A stretch of DNA of 64,000 nucleotides from a phage: assembly GCA_011839185.1 (NCBI GenBank), contig GCA_011839185.1_3918.1. The stretch is one strand, 5' to 3'. Made by a program: the position numbers and the translations under genes. The notes beneath the pieces were generated by a model. That model made no database searches. It saw only the letters and a program-made list of their open reading frames with translations, and was not told where the DNA came from. This document shows positions 37,393 to 43,438 of this stretch, in pieces. How positions within the stretch are numbered: position 1 is the first letter of the stretch; each line of letters opens with the position of its first letter.

Positions 37393-37431
37393 CTGTCACA
37401 TCAAACAACAAATGAGAGAAGAGAGTAAAAT

Positions 37432-38847
37432 ATGAGCGAATTATTTAAACATGCGCACCTTCATGCAGGTCGAACTGAAAATGGTGCTGTAAACCATACT
37501 TCATCAATGTCTGCTCTTGTAGACTTTTACAAAGCTGCTGGTTCAAGCCGTAGTAACGTAGAAATCTTACCAGACCTGTTCTACAAAGCTTTGCGTGAGG
37601 ATGTTGATGTTGCAGTTCGTATTTTGCTTCATATGCGAGATGTACGAGAAGGTATGGGTGAGCGTAAAGCCTTCAGAACTGTTTTGCTTCAAGCAATTGA
37701 AGATAAAGTTTTAGAGTCTACGCAGGTTCTTCGCATTATGGATAAGATTGCAGAACTTGGTCGTTTTGATGACTTCAAAATCTTCGTAGGTACTCGTTTC
37801 GAGACAGATGCCTTCAAACATTTAGAAGAAGCATTACTAGACCCTGCAACAGCAGGTTTGGCGGCTAAGTGGTTACCACGAGTCAAACCACGTCATAAGC
37901 AGTTTGTAAAACGTTTCTGCAAGTTTGCCAACTTGAGTGAGAAAGAGTACCGCACACTGTTGTCTGCACTATCTGATACAGTTGAGCAAAAAATCTCTGC
38001 TAATGAGTTTGGTAAGATTGACTACAGTAAGATTCCTTCACTTGCTGCTGCACGTTACCAAAAACTGTTTAACCGTAAAGATGGAGAGCGTTACAAAGCT
38101 TACATCGAGTCCTTATCAAAAGGTGAGGCTAAGATTAATGCTGGTGCTGTTTACCCATACGATGTGATTAAATCTGTCAAGCATGGTAATGCAGATGTTG
38201 CTAATGAGCAGTGGAAAGCACTACCAAACTGGATGGCAGAAGGTGAAAACATCTTGTGTATGTCTGATGTATCAAGTTCAATGTCTTGGGTGAATTTTGG
38301 CTCCATTACTGCTCTGGATATTGGTGTATCACTTGCCTTGTATGTAGCAGAACGCAATACAGGTTGCTTTAAGAATGAGTTGATGGTTTATTCAACAAAC
38401 CCTCACTTCATCGAACTGAGTGGTGATTTACGAAACCGTCATCGTCAGGTGATGCGACACGTTGAATATGGCTCAACTAACTTACAAGCAGCTTTTGACC
38501 GCATTCTTGAGACAGGCAAAAGAAACAACTTGACTCAGAAAGATATGCCAAGTAAGCTTATCATCTTCTCCGATATGGAGTTTAATCAGGTTGATGGGGC
38601 TAACGGTCGTACAAACTTTGAAGCAATTCAGAGTAAGTACAAAAAAGCTGGATATGAGATGCCACAACTGGTATTCTGGTACTTAGCAAACCGTAATGGT
38701 ACTTGCGAAGTATCTGTTAAGGATAACGGTGTAGCAATGGTATCAGGGTTCTCTCCAGCCACTTTAAAAGCTCTGCTTGGTGGTGAGAAGTTTGACCCAA
38801 TCAGTGTAATGCTCAAAGCAGTAATGATTGACCGTTATATCTGGTAA
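37432..38847 (+). CDS. vWA-domain protein with helical N-terminal domain (possible Ro60/Rsr-like or DUF2828-like)
   Basis: 471 aa; MIDAS-type DVSSSM at about residue 279 with downstream T and D residues; ~270-aa helical N-terminal region; directly upstream of the tRNA array. Confidence 0.6.
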   Translation: MSELFKHAHLHAGRTENGAVNHTSSMSALVDFYKAAGSSRSNVEILPDLFYKALREDVDVAVRILLHMRDVREGMGERKAFRTVLLQAIEDKVLESTQVLRIMDKIAELGRFDDFKIFVGTRFETDAFKHLEEALLDPATAGLAAKWLPRVKPRHKQFVKRFCKFANLSEKEYRTLLSALSDTVEQKISANEFGKIDYSKIPSLAAARYQKLFNRKDGERYKAYIESLSKGEAKINAGAVYPYDVIKSVKHGNADVANEQWKALPNWMAEGENILCMSDVSSSMSWVNFGSITALDIGVSLALYVAERNTGCFKNELMVYSTNPHFIELSGDLRNRHRQVMRHVEYGSTNLQAAFDRILETGKRNNLTQKDMPSKLIIFSDMEFNQVDGANGRTNFEAIQSKYKKAGYEMPQLVFWYLANRNGTCEVSVKDNGVAMVSGFSPATLKALLGGEKFDPISVMLKAVMIDRYIW

Positions 38848-38865
38848 AAAGTTTTAAAAAGGGTA

Positions 38866-38894
38866 TTGACAATGTGTTTAATACCCTTTAATAT
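38866..38894 (+). promoter_or_regulatory. sigma70-like promoter
   Basis: TTGACA, 17-nt spacer, TAATAT. Confidence 0.5.
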
Positions 38895-38955
38895 GTTCTA
38901 CATAGAAACGAAATGAGAGCTTTTCTAAGATACTGAAAAATATTTTAAAAAGTTC

Positions 38956-38985
38956 TTGACAACCACTAAAAAATAATGTTAAAGT
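38956..38985 (+). promoter_or_regulatory. sigma70-like promoter ahead of the tRNA array
   Basis: TTGACA, 18-nt spacer, TAAAGT. Confidence 0.5.
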
Positions 38986-39011
38986 GGTTACATAGAGTTT
39001 GAAAAGTTTAT

Positions 39012-39088
39012 CTCTGTTTAGCTCAGCTTGGTAGAGCGTTCCGTTTGGGGCGGTAAGGCCGGAGGTTCAAGTCCTCCAACAGAGACCA
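39012..39088 (+). tRNA. tRNA-Pro (anticodon TGG)
   Basis: manual cloverleaf: acceptor CTCTGTT/AACAGAG, D-arm GCTCAGCTTGGTAGAGC, T-arm GGAGGTTCAAGTCCTCC, encoded CCA. Confidence 0.8.
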
Positions 39089-39095
39089 AATTAAT

Positions 39096-39173
39096 GTTCC
39101 AGTGGACAAAATGGTAAAGTCACCACTCTTTCAAAGTGGATATTTGAGGGTTCAAATCCCTTCTGGAACGCCA
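39096..39173 (+). tRNA. tRNA-Glu (anticodon TTC)
   Basis: acceptor GTTCCAG/CTGGAAC, anticodon arm CCACT-CTTTCAA-AGTGG, T-loop TTCAAAT, encoded CCA. Confidence 0.75.
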
Positions 39174-39180
39174 GTTTTGA

Positions 39181-39253
39181 CAGAAGACCAATTACAGCAA
39201 ACTTAATCTTATTCATCTGAAGGTAAATCGGACAAAGAAGAGATTTGGTCTGG
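39181..39253 (+). ncRNA. candidate structured element A (hairpin with conserved bulged closing stem)
   Basis: 5' CAGAAGACCAAT ... ATTTGGTCTGG 3'; AT-rich ~48-nt interior; one of four related elements. Confidence 0.35.
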
Positions 39254-39264
39254 TCATTAAGAAT

Positions 39265-39341
39265 TGCGGGTATAGAGAAAGGGCGTCTCACATGTCTCAT
39301 TAGCATGGTATCGGCAGGTTCGACTCCTGCACCCGCCTCCA
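39265..39341 (+). tRNA. tRNA with CAT anticodon (Met or Ile2)
   Basis: acceptor TGCGGGT/ACCCGCC with 1-72 mismatch, anticodon arm CATGT-CTCATTA-GCATG, T-arm GCAGGTTCGACTCCTGC, encoded CCA. Confidence 0.65.
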
Positions 39342-39347
39342 AATTTA

Positions 39348-39411
39348 CAGAAGACCGTTTACAGCAATATTTATTAAATTTTTAGCGGAAAAATTGAAAG
39401 ATACGGTCTGG
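39348..39411 (+). ncRNA. candidate structured element B
   Basis: 5' CAGAAGACCGTTTACAGCAA ... ACGGTCTGG 3'. Confidence 0.35.
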
Positions 39412-39424
39412 TAATACTAAACAT

Positions 39425-39501
39425 GGTTAGGAAGCACATAAGGTATGTGCGGTCGCCTGTTAAGCGAATGGCACAGGGTTCGAATCCCTGACTAACCGCC
39501 A
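39425..39501 (+). tRNA. tRNA-Asn (anticodon GTT)
   Basis: acceptor GGTTAGG/ACTAACC, D-arm GCACATAAGGTATGTGC, loop CTGTTAA, T-arm CAGGGTTCGAATCCCTG, encoded CCA. Confidence 0.75.
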
Positions 39502-39570
39502 AATTTAGGAGAGAAGCGATTGCTCACCGATTTGTAAGGTGCAAGTCCTTAGCCTGAATAGAAATCAAAT

Positions 39571-39658
39571 GTGTCGTTATCCCGTAGATGGTAGCGGTGG
39601 GGACTGTAAATCCCTTGTCATTGAGACTCGGTAGGTTCGACTCCTACACGGCACACCA
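39571..39658 (+). tRNA. tRNA-Tyr (anticodon GTA), long variable arm
   Basis: 88 nt; acceptor GTGTCGT/ACGGCAC, loop CTGTAAA, T-arm GTAGGTTCGACTCCTAC, encoded CCA. Confidence 0.75.
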
Positions 39659-39663
39659 ATAAA

Positions 39664-39741
39664 GGTTATGTAGTTTAATTTGGTTAAAATACTCCCCTGT
39701 CACGGGAGATGATGAGGGTTCAAATCCCTTCGTAACCGCCA
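39664..39741 (+). tRNA. tRNA-Asp (anticodon GTC)
   Basis: acceptor GGTTATG/CGTAACC, arm CTCCC-CTGTCAC-GGGAG, T-arm GAGGGTTCAAATCCCTT, encoded CCA. Confidence 0.8.
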
Positions 39742-39769
39742 ATTTTGAGAGGGCTATTTAGCCCCTCCC

Positions 39770-39797
39770 TTAAAGGGTTCTTACGAGTATCCTTTAA
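39770..39797 (+). promoter_or_regulatory. conserved hairpin with GTTCTTACGAG loop (copy 1 of 4)
   Basis: TTAAAGG-GTTCTTACGAGTAT-CCTTTAA. Confidence 0.4.
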
Positions 39798-39802
39798 AGG
39801 AG

Positions 39803-39876
39803 CAGAAGACCAAATACAGCAAGTTACTTAAAATTTCAAGCCAATTTAATTTTGAAAAATTTAAAACTTGGTCTGG
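39803..39876 (+). ncRNA. candidate structured element C
   Basis: 5' CAGAAGACCAAATACAGCAA ... CTTGGTCTGG 3'. Confidence 0.35.
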
Positions 39877-39889
39877 CTCAACAAATTTA

Positions 39890-40020
39890 CAGAAGACCGT
39901 TTACAGCAAAACTTAAACAATCTATTTCTCGGTAAAGAAAAGGCGAAGGTTCGATTCCTTCACTCGGCAGATGTCGAGTTGGTGTAATGGTAGCACTTAA
40001 GATGATAAACAACGGTCTGG
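39890..40020 (+). ncRNA. candidate structured ncRNA D: closing stem as A-C, enclosing a permuted tRNA-like module
   Basis: CAGAAGACCGTT ... AACGGTCTGG; inside in order: T-arm GAAGGTTCGATTCCTTC, 7-bp acceptor-like hairpin ACTCGGC-AGAT-GTCGAGT, D-arm GTGTAATGGTAGCAC. Confidence 0.45.
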
Positions 40021-40021
40021 T

Positions 40022-40165
40022 AATTATCTTTGTAGATAAGTTATTAAGCTTACCTGTGAGTATGCGACCACAAAGGGTGAAAGGGTAAATTCTAGATTTA
40101 AACCTAAAAAGGCACATCGCTACAGACCTTAAGCAAGTCTGGGTAGCTTATCTACAAAGATAATT
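40022..40165 (+). repeat. long inverted repeat (19-bp perfect arms) enclosing about 106 nt
   Basis: AATTATCTTTGTAGATAAG (40022-40040) and its exact reverse complement (40147-40165). Confidence 0.6.
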
Positions 40166-40169
40166 TAAT

Positions 40170-40245
40170 GGAAGTGTAGCAGAATGGTGATGCGGCAGAC
40201 TTTTAATCTGACAGGCGATGGGTTCGAATCCCTCCACTTCTACCA
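40170..40245 (+). tRNA. tRNA-Lys (anticodon TTT)
   Basis: acceptor GGAAGTG/CACTTCT, loop CTTTTAA, T-loop TTCGAAT, encoded CCA; T-stem imperfect in my parse. Confidence 0.65.
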
Positions 40246-40323
40246 AATTCACCCTTAACTGAGAAACACCTGCGCGGCTGGAAACACCCACTCAACAGTT
40301 TCTCTAACTAGGGTACTTATTCT

Positions 40324-40400
40324 GGTTCAGTCGCAGATAAGGTAATGCAAGGGTCTCATAAGCCCTATGAATGTGGGTTCGATTCCCATCTGAACCTCCA
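40324..40400 (+). tRNA. tRNA with CAT anticodon (Met, fMet or Ile2)
   Basis: acceptor GGTTCAG/CTGAACC, anticodon stem with three G-C pairs (AGGGT/GCCCT), loop CTCATAA, T-arm GTGGGTTCGATTCCCAT, encoded CCA. Confidence 0.7.
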
Positions 40401-40416
40401 ATTCGTTGGTGATATT

Positions 40417-40902
40417 ATGTTTTGTGCTAATAAAGATTGTGACAACAAAGCCGTTAAAGGTGGAAAGTATTGTTCACGCTCTTGTGCTGCAAGGGTAAAC
40501 AACAAGAGTCATCCAAAAAGAAGACAAGAAGGCTCTTGTCATTCATGTGGAAAGCAGACACCAAAATCAAGAAAGTATTGTGATGAATGTATTTCAAATG
40601 GTATTCTGAAACAATACAAAAACCCCGATGAAGAAAAGAAAGCGAAGTCACAACACGTTAAAAAGTCTCGTGACAAACTTAAGAGGGTTTTAGTTGATTA
40701 CAAAGGTGGTTGTTGCTCAATTTGTGGATACAATAAGTGCATAAAGGCTTTAGAGTTTCACCACTTAGACCCTAATACAAAGGACTTCACAGTAGGACAA
40801 AAACACTTCTCTATAGAGGTAATGAAGTCTGAAGTTGATAAGTGTGTATTACTGTGTGCAAATTGCCACAGAGAGGTACACGAAGGGGTAACAAAGCTGT
40901 GA
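40417..40902 (+). CDS. HNH homing-endonuclease-like protein with N-terminal zinc ribbons (start trimmed past the tRNA)
   Basis: C-terminal EFHHLDP...LLCANCHREVH HNH motif; several CxxC pairs; ORF-track start 40345 lies inside the tRNA. Confidence 0.65.
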   Translation: MFCANKDCDNKAVKGGKYCSRSCAARVNNKSHPKRRQEGSCHSCGKQTPKSRKYCDECISNGILKQYKNPDEEKKAKSQHVKKSRDKLKRVLVDYKGGCCSICGYNKCIKALEFHHLDPNTKDFTVGQKHFSIEVMKSEVDKCVLLCANCHREVHEGVTKL

Positions 40903-40971
40903 AAGCACATATGGATGTGCATTCGGCTGATAACCGAAAGGCAGAAGGTTCGAATCCTTCTCACAGTACCA
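40896..40971 (+). tRNA. tRNA-Ile (anticodon GAT)
   Basis: acceptor GCTGTGA/TCACAGT, D-arm GCACATATGGATGTGC, arm TTCGG-CTGATAA-CCGAA, T-arm GAAGGTTCGAATCCTTC, encoded CCA; first 7 nt overlap the HNH stop codon. Confidence 0.75.
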
Positions 40972-40986
40972 ATTTCAATAAAGTTG

Positions 40987-41015
40987 TTGACATTGAGATG
41001 TGACTACTTTATAGT
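40987..41015 (+). promoter_or_regulatory. sigma70-like promoter inside the tRNA array
   Basis: TTGACA, 17-nt spacer, TATAGT. Confidence 0.55.
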
Positions 41016-41182
41016 AACCTTAGTTTTCGTTGCGTAGCGTCTATTTTGCAAATTTAAAATAAATGCAAACGACAATGTTTTTCTGGCAGTAGCTTGATAG
41101 GCTAAACACCAGTGAGGTCTTCCAATCCCTCATCAAAGAATTTGGCGTACTCGCCCACGGTATGATTAATAAGGTGGGCATC

Positions 41183-41210
41183 TTTAAGGGCTTTCTAAGA
41201 GAGTCTTTAA
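41183..41210 (+). promoter_or_regulatory. conserved hairpin-motif variant (copy 2 of 4)
   Basis: GGCTTTCTAAGAGAGTCTTTAAAG, about 10 nt upstream of tRNA-Arg. Confidence 0.3.
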
Positions 41211-41218
41211 AGATTAAT

Positions 41219-41295
41219 GCACCCTTAGTTCAACTGGACAGAGCAAATGACTTCTAATCATTGAGTTACAGGTTCGAATCCTGTAGGGTGTGCCA
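41219..41295 (+). tRNA. tRNA-Arg (anticodon TCT)
   Basis: acceptor GCACCCT/AGGGTGT, arm AATGA-CTTCTAA-TCATT, T-arm ACAGGTTCGAATCCTGT, encoded CCA. Confidence 0.8.
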
Positions 41296-41437
41296 ATTAG
41301 TTAGCAGATTACTTAGACGACCTTATCGGGTCTCCGTGTAAGGAGGTGGTCTGTATCTCATGTTTTCCAGAACATGTAAATAATCTGAGAAGGGGCTTTA
41401 CAGTGTTGAGATAACAGGGTAAGCTTCGAATTATAGT

Positions 41438-41520
41438 ATGGGACGATGTTAAGACTCTAAGGCATGAGCAACGGCTTCCAACACCGTTTCAAAGGGGTTC
41501 AACTCCTCCGTCCCATGCCA
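41438..41520 (+). tRNA. atypical tRNA-like gene, anticodon CCA (Trp-type), about 7 extra nt between acceptor and D-arm
   Basis: 3' two-thirds parse canonically (arm ACGGC-TTCCAAC-ACCGT, T-loop TTCAACT, acceptor GTCCCAT, CCA) but the complementary 5' acceptor sits 7 nt too far upstream. Confidence 0.3.
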
Positions 41521-41533
41521 AAGTCTTATTAGG

Positions 41534-41621
41534 GGTAGGTAGCGGCTAATGGTAGCCAAACTGTCTTGAAAACAGTTGCCACTGTAGAGATACGGTGAGG
41601 GTTCGACTCCTTTACTTACCG
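41534..41621 (+). tRNA. tRNA-Ser (anticodon TGA), long variable arm
   Basis: 88 nt; acceptor GGTAGGT/ACTTACC, 3-bp D-stem, arm ACTGT-CTTGAAA-ACAGT, T-loop TTCGACT; no encoded CCA. Confidence 0.65.
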
Positions 41622-41843
41622 CCTAATAAGATTTAAAGCCAAGCTTCATTCGGATGTTGCTTTGGTATCCCTCGTGTATTGTCGTACACACTGATAAAGC
41701 ACCTAGTAGGTGTCACGGAGAAGAGATAATATCAAGCTCTCCAAAGGTTCTAGTCACCGGATTAAACAAGACTATGCAAAGACCTATTTAGGTCTTTTTA
41801 GAGGGCTTCTAAGGTTATTACAGCTTGTTGTGGAACCTTGTTG

Positions 41844-41868
41844 CTTAGGTTCTTAGAAGTTCTCTAAA
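41844..41868 (+). promoter_or_regulatory. conserved hairpin-motif variant (copy 3 of 4)
   Basis: TTAGGTTCTTAGAAGTTCTCTAA, about 10 nt upstream of a tRNA. Confidence 0.3.
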
Positions 41869-41878
41869 AAGATTTAAT

Positions 41879-41955
41879 GCACCTATAGCCCAACTGGTAG
41901 AGGCAGCAGACTTAGAATCTGCTCAGTGTGAGTTCGAATCTCTCTAGGTGTACCA
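41879..41955 (+). tRNA. tRNA with Leu anticodon TAG, class-I-length variable loop
   Basis: perfect anticodon stem GCAGA/TCTGC with loop CTTAGAA; Leu-like D-loop AACTGGTAGA; discriminator A; 5-nt variable loop. Confidence 0.6.
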
Positions 41956-41962
41956 AATTAAT

Positions 41963-42038
41963 GCAGGTGTAGCAAAATGGTTATGCGGCTGACTCTTAAT
42001 CAGTAAGACGATGGGTTCAATTCCCTCCACCTGTACCA
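41963..42038 (+). tRNA. tRNA-Lys (anticodon CTT)
   Basis: acceptor GCAGGTG/CACCTGT, loop CTCTTAA, T-loop TTCAATT, encoded CCA. Confidence 0.65.
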
Positions 42039-42044
42039 AACATT

Positions 42045-42120
42045 GGGGTCATAGTTTATATGGTTAAAATTCGAGTTTTGCAAACTTGGGAACTGAGTTC
42101 AATTCTCAGTGACTCCACCA
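42045..42120 (+). tRNA. tRNA-Ala (anticodon TGC)
   Basis: acceptor GGGGTCA/TGACTCC with G3-U70 wobble (Ala identity element), loop TTTGCAA, T-arm CTGAGTTCAATTCTCAG, encoded CCA. Confidence 0.8.
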
Positions 42121-42125
42121 ATTAG

Positions 42126-42201
42126 TGCATCCATAGTTTAAACGGGAAAATTACAGTCTTCCAAACTGAGGTTGAGGGTTCGATTCCCTCTGGATGCTCC
42201 A
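42126..42201 (+). tRNA. tRNA-Gly (anticodon TCC)
   Basis: acceptor GCATCCA/TGGATGC, loop CTTCCAA, T-arm GAGGGTTCGATTCCCTC, encoded CCA. Confidence 0.75.
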
Positions 42202-42208
42202 AATTAAT

Positions 42209-42284
42209 GCTCCTATCGTATAATTGGCTATTACGGTTGCCTTGTAAGCAACTTATCAGGGTTCGAATCCTTGTGGGAGCACCA
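42209..42284 (+). tRNA. tRNA-Thr (anticodon TGT)
   Basis: acceptor GCTCCTA/TGGGAGC, arm GTTGC-CTTGTAA-GCAAC, T-arm CAGGGTTCGAATCCTTG, encoded CCA. Confidence 0.8.
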
Positions 42285-42287
42285 ATT

Positions 42288-42376
42288 CAGAGGTCAAGTG
42301 AAAGACCGCTTTGAGTCAACTGAAGACCGTAACAAATTCCACGGAGTTGAGTTAGCGGCACAACTCCAGACCTCTT
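42288..42376 (+). ncRNA. candidate structured element E between tRNA-Thr and tRNA-Val
   Basis: 7-bp closing stem AGAGGTC/GACCTCT enclosing an internal hairpin GGAGTTG...CAACTCC and a GAAGACCG word shared with elements B and D. Confidence 0.3.
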
Positions 42377-42380
42377 TCAT

Positions 42381-42455
42381 ACTCGCTTAGTTTATATGGT
42401 AAAACATCACCCTTACAAGATGAAGAAAAAGGTTCAAGTCCTTTAGTGAGTACCA
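42381..42455 (+). tRNA. tRNA-Val (anticodon TAC)
   Basis: acceptor ACTCGCT/AGTGAGT, loop CTTACAA, T-arm AAAGGTTCAAGTCCTTT, encoded CCA. Confidence 0.7.
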
Positions 42456-42456
42456 T

Positions 42457-42534
42457 GTTCCAGTATCCCAATTGGCAGAGGATGCAAGCTCAAACCTTGT
42501 ACTAGTGACGGTTCGAATCCGTCTTGGAACACCA
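42457..42534 (+). tRNA. tRNA with Leu anticodon CAA, class-I-length variable loop
   Basis: acceptor GTTCCAG/TTGGAAC, Leu-like D-loop CAATTGGCAGA, loop CTCAAAC, T-arm GACGGTTCGAATCCGTC, discriminator A, encoded CCA. Confidence 0.55.
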
Positions 42535-42539
42535 ATTTT

Positions 42540-42615
42540 GCAGGATTAGTTCAAATGGATAGAGCAACAGTCTACGAAGCTGTTAGTAGGGGTTCGAATC
42601 CCTTATCCTGCGCCA
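42540..42615 (+). tRNA. tRNA-Arg (anticodon ACG)
   Basis: acceptor GCAGGAT/ATCCTGC, arm ACAGT-CTACGAA-GCTGT, T-loop TTCGAAT, encoded CCA. Confidence 0.75.
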
Positions 42616-42633
42616 GATAAGCAAGAGGAATTT

Positions 42634-42876
42634 ATGCAAACATTAATCGTCGTTGAACATGAAAATCCCAACAGTATTGAGTTTGTAAGGGTTCCCACTA
42701 TAGATACTCACATTTTCTTGAAAGTCGGATGGGAATGCGACCCGATAAAAGTAGGAAAATTTCTTGGTCATTACTTTGGTGGAAGACAATTTAAAAGTAT
42801 CAATTTTGAGACAGTATTACCAGAAAACTCAGAAACAGACAATAATACTTACCTCCTTACGAGGATTAGACAATGA
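42634..42876 (+). CDS. hypothetical protein inside the tRNA array
   Basis: ORF track 80 aa; does not overlap any tRNA. Confidence 0.45.
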   Translation: MQTLIVVEHENPNSIEFVRVPTIDTHIFLKVGWECDPIKVGKFLGHYFGGRQFKSINFETVLPENSETDNNTYLLTRIRQ

Positions 42877-43430
42877 GATACTTAAAATATGTTTCATGGA
42901 TTTTCTTAGCTTTGTTAGAACCATTTGCAGCAACCCTAGCAGTCATCTTAGCACCTTTCGTAGTTCCATTCTACAGTGAGAAGAAAGGGCATCTACCTTT
43001 TGGATTCAGATGGATGGAGACCTATGACAACCCTATTGATGGTGACAAAGGCCACGTTGAGAGATGGGCTAAGATTAGAAAGATTGGTAAGCTTGGTGTC
43101 TACATGCAGAGAGTTGGATGGCTCTGGAGAAACAAAGCTTATAACTTCTCTTACCATGTATTAGGAAGAGATGTAAAAGACGTTACTAAGTGGAAAGGTA
43201 ATATCAACGTAAGTTCTAACCCTGAAGATAATCAAACAGGTTATCTCCTAATGTGGAATAGCAATGCTTGGGGATTATTTGCTTTTATCCCATCAATTAA
43301 AGTCTTTGGTAAACAGTTTTACTGGAGAATTTATATTGGATGGAAACTAAAAAGTGTTGTCCCAGAAGAAAGAGCATTCTCAAGGGAAAGAGTTATGTTG
43401 GCATTCTTTATTCATCCACTGAGAAAGTAA
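42873..43430 (+). CDS. hypothetical protein with N-terminal hydrophobic segment
   Basis: 185 aa; Trp/aromatic-rich; start overlaps the upstream stop. Confidence 0.5.
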   Translation: MRYLKYVSWIFLALLEPFAATLAVILAPFVVPFYSEKKGHLPFGFRWMETYDNPIDGDKGHVERWAKIRKIGKLGVYMQRVGWLWRNKAYNFSYHVLGRDVKDVTKWKGNINVSSNPEDNQTGYLLMWNSNAWGLFAFIPSIKVFGKQFYWRIYIGWKLKSVVPEERAFSRERVMLAFFIHPLRK

Positions 43431-43438
43431 AGATTTAA

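Noticed and set aside
39091-39342. 83-aa minus-strand ORF across tRNA-Glu and tRNA-Met
   Set aside because: Overlaps two tRNA genes on the opposite strand; tRNA folds explain the sequence.
39502-39570. Possible extra tRNA between tRNA-Asn and tRNA-Tyr
   Set aside because: Contains a T-arm-like hairpin (TAAGG-TGCAAGT-CCTTA) but the segment is only about 50 nt and has no acceptor or anticodon arms; probably a tRNA fragment or spacer.
39887-40117. 76-aa minus-strand ORF across element D and the long inverted repeat
   Set aside because: Overlaps structured non-coding elements; no translation signals.
40345-40416. ORF-track start of the HNH gene at 40345
   Set aside because: The first 56 nt lie inside a CAT-anticodon tRNA; start moved to the ATG at 40417.
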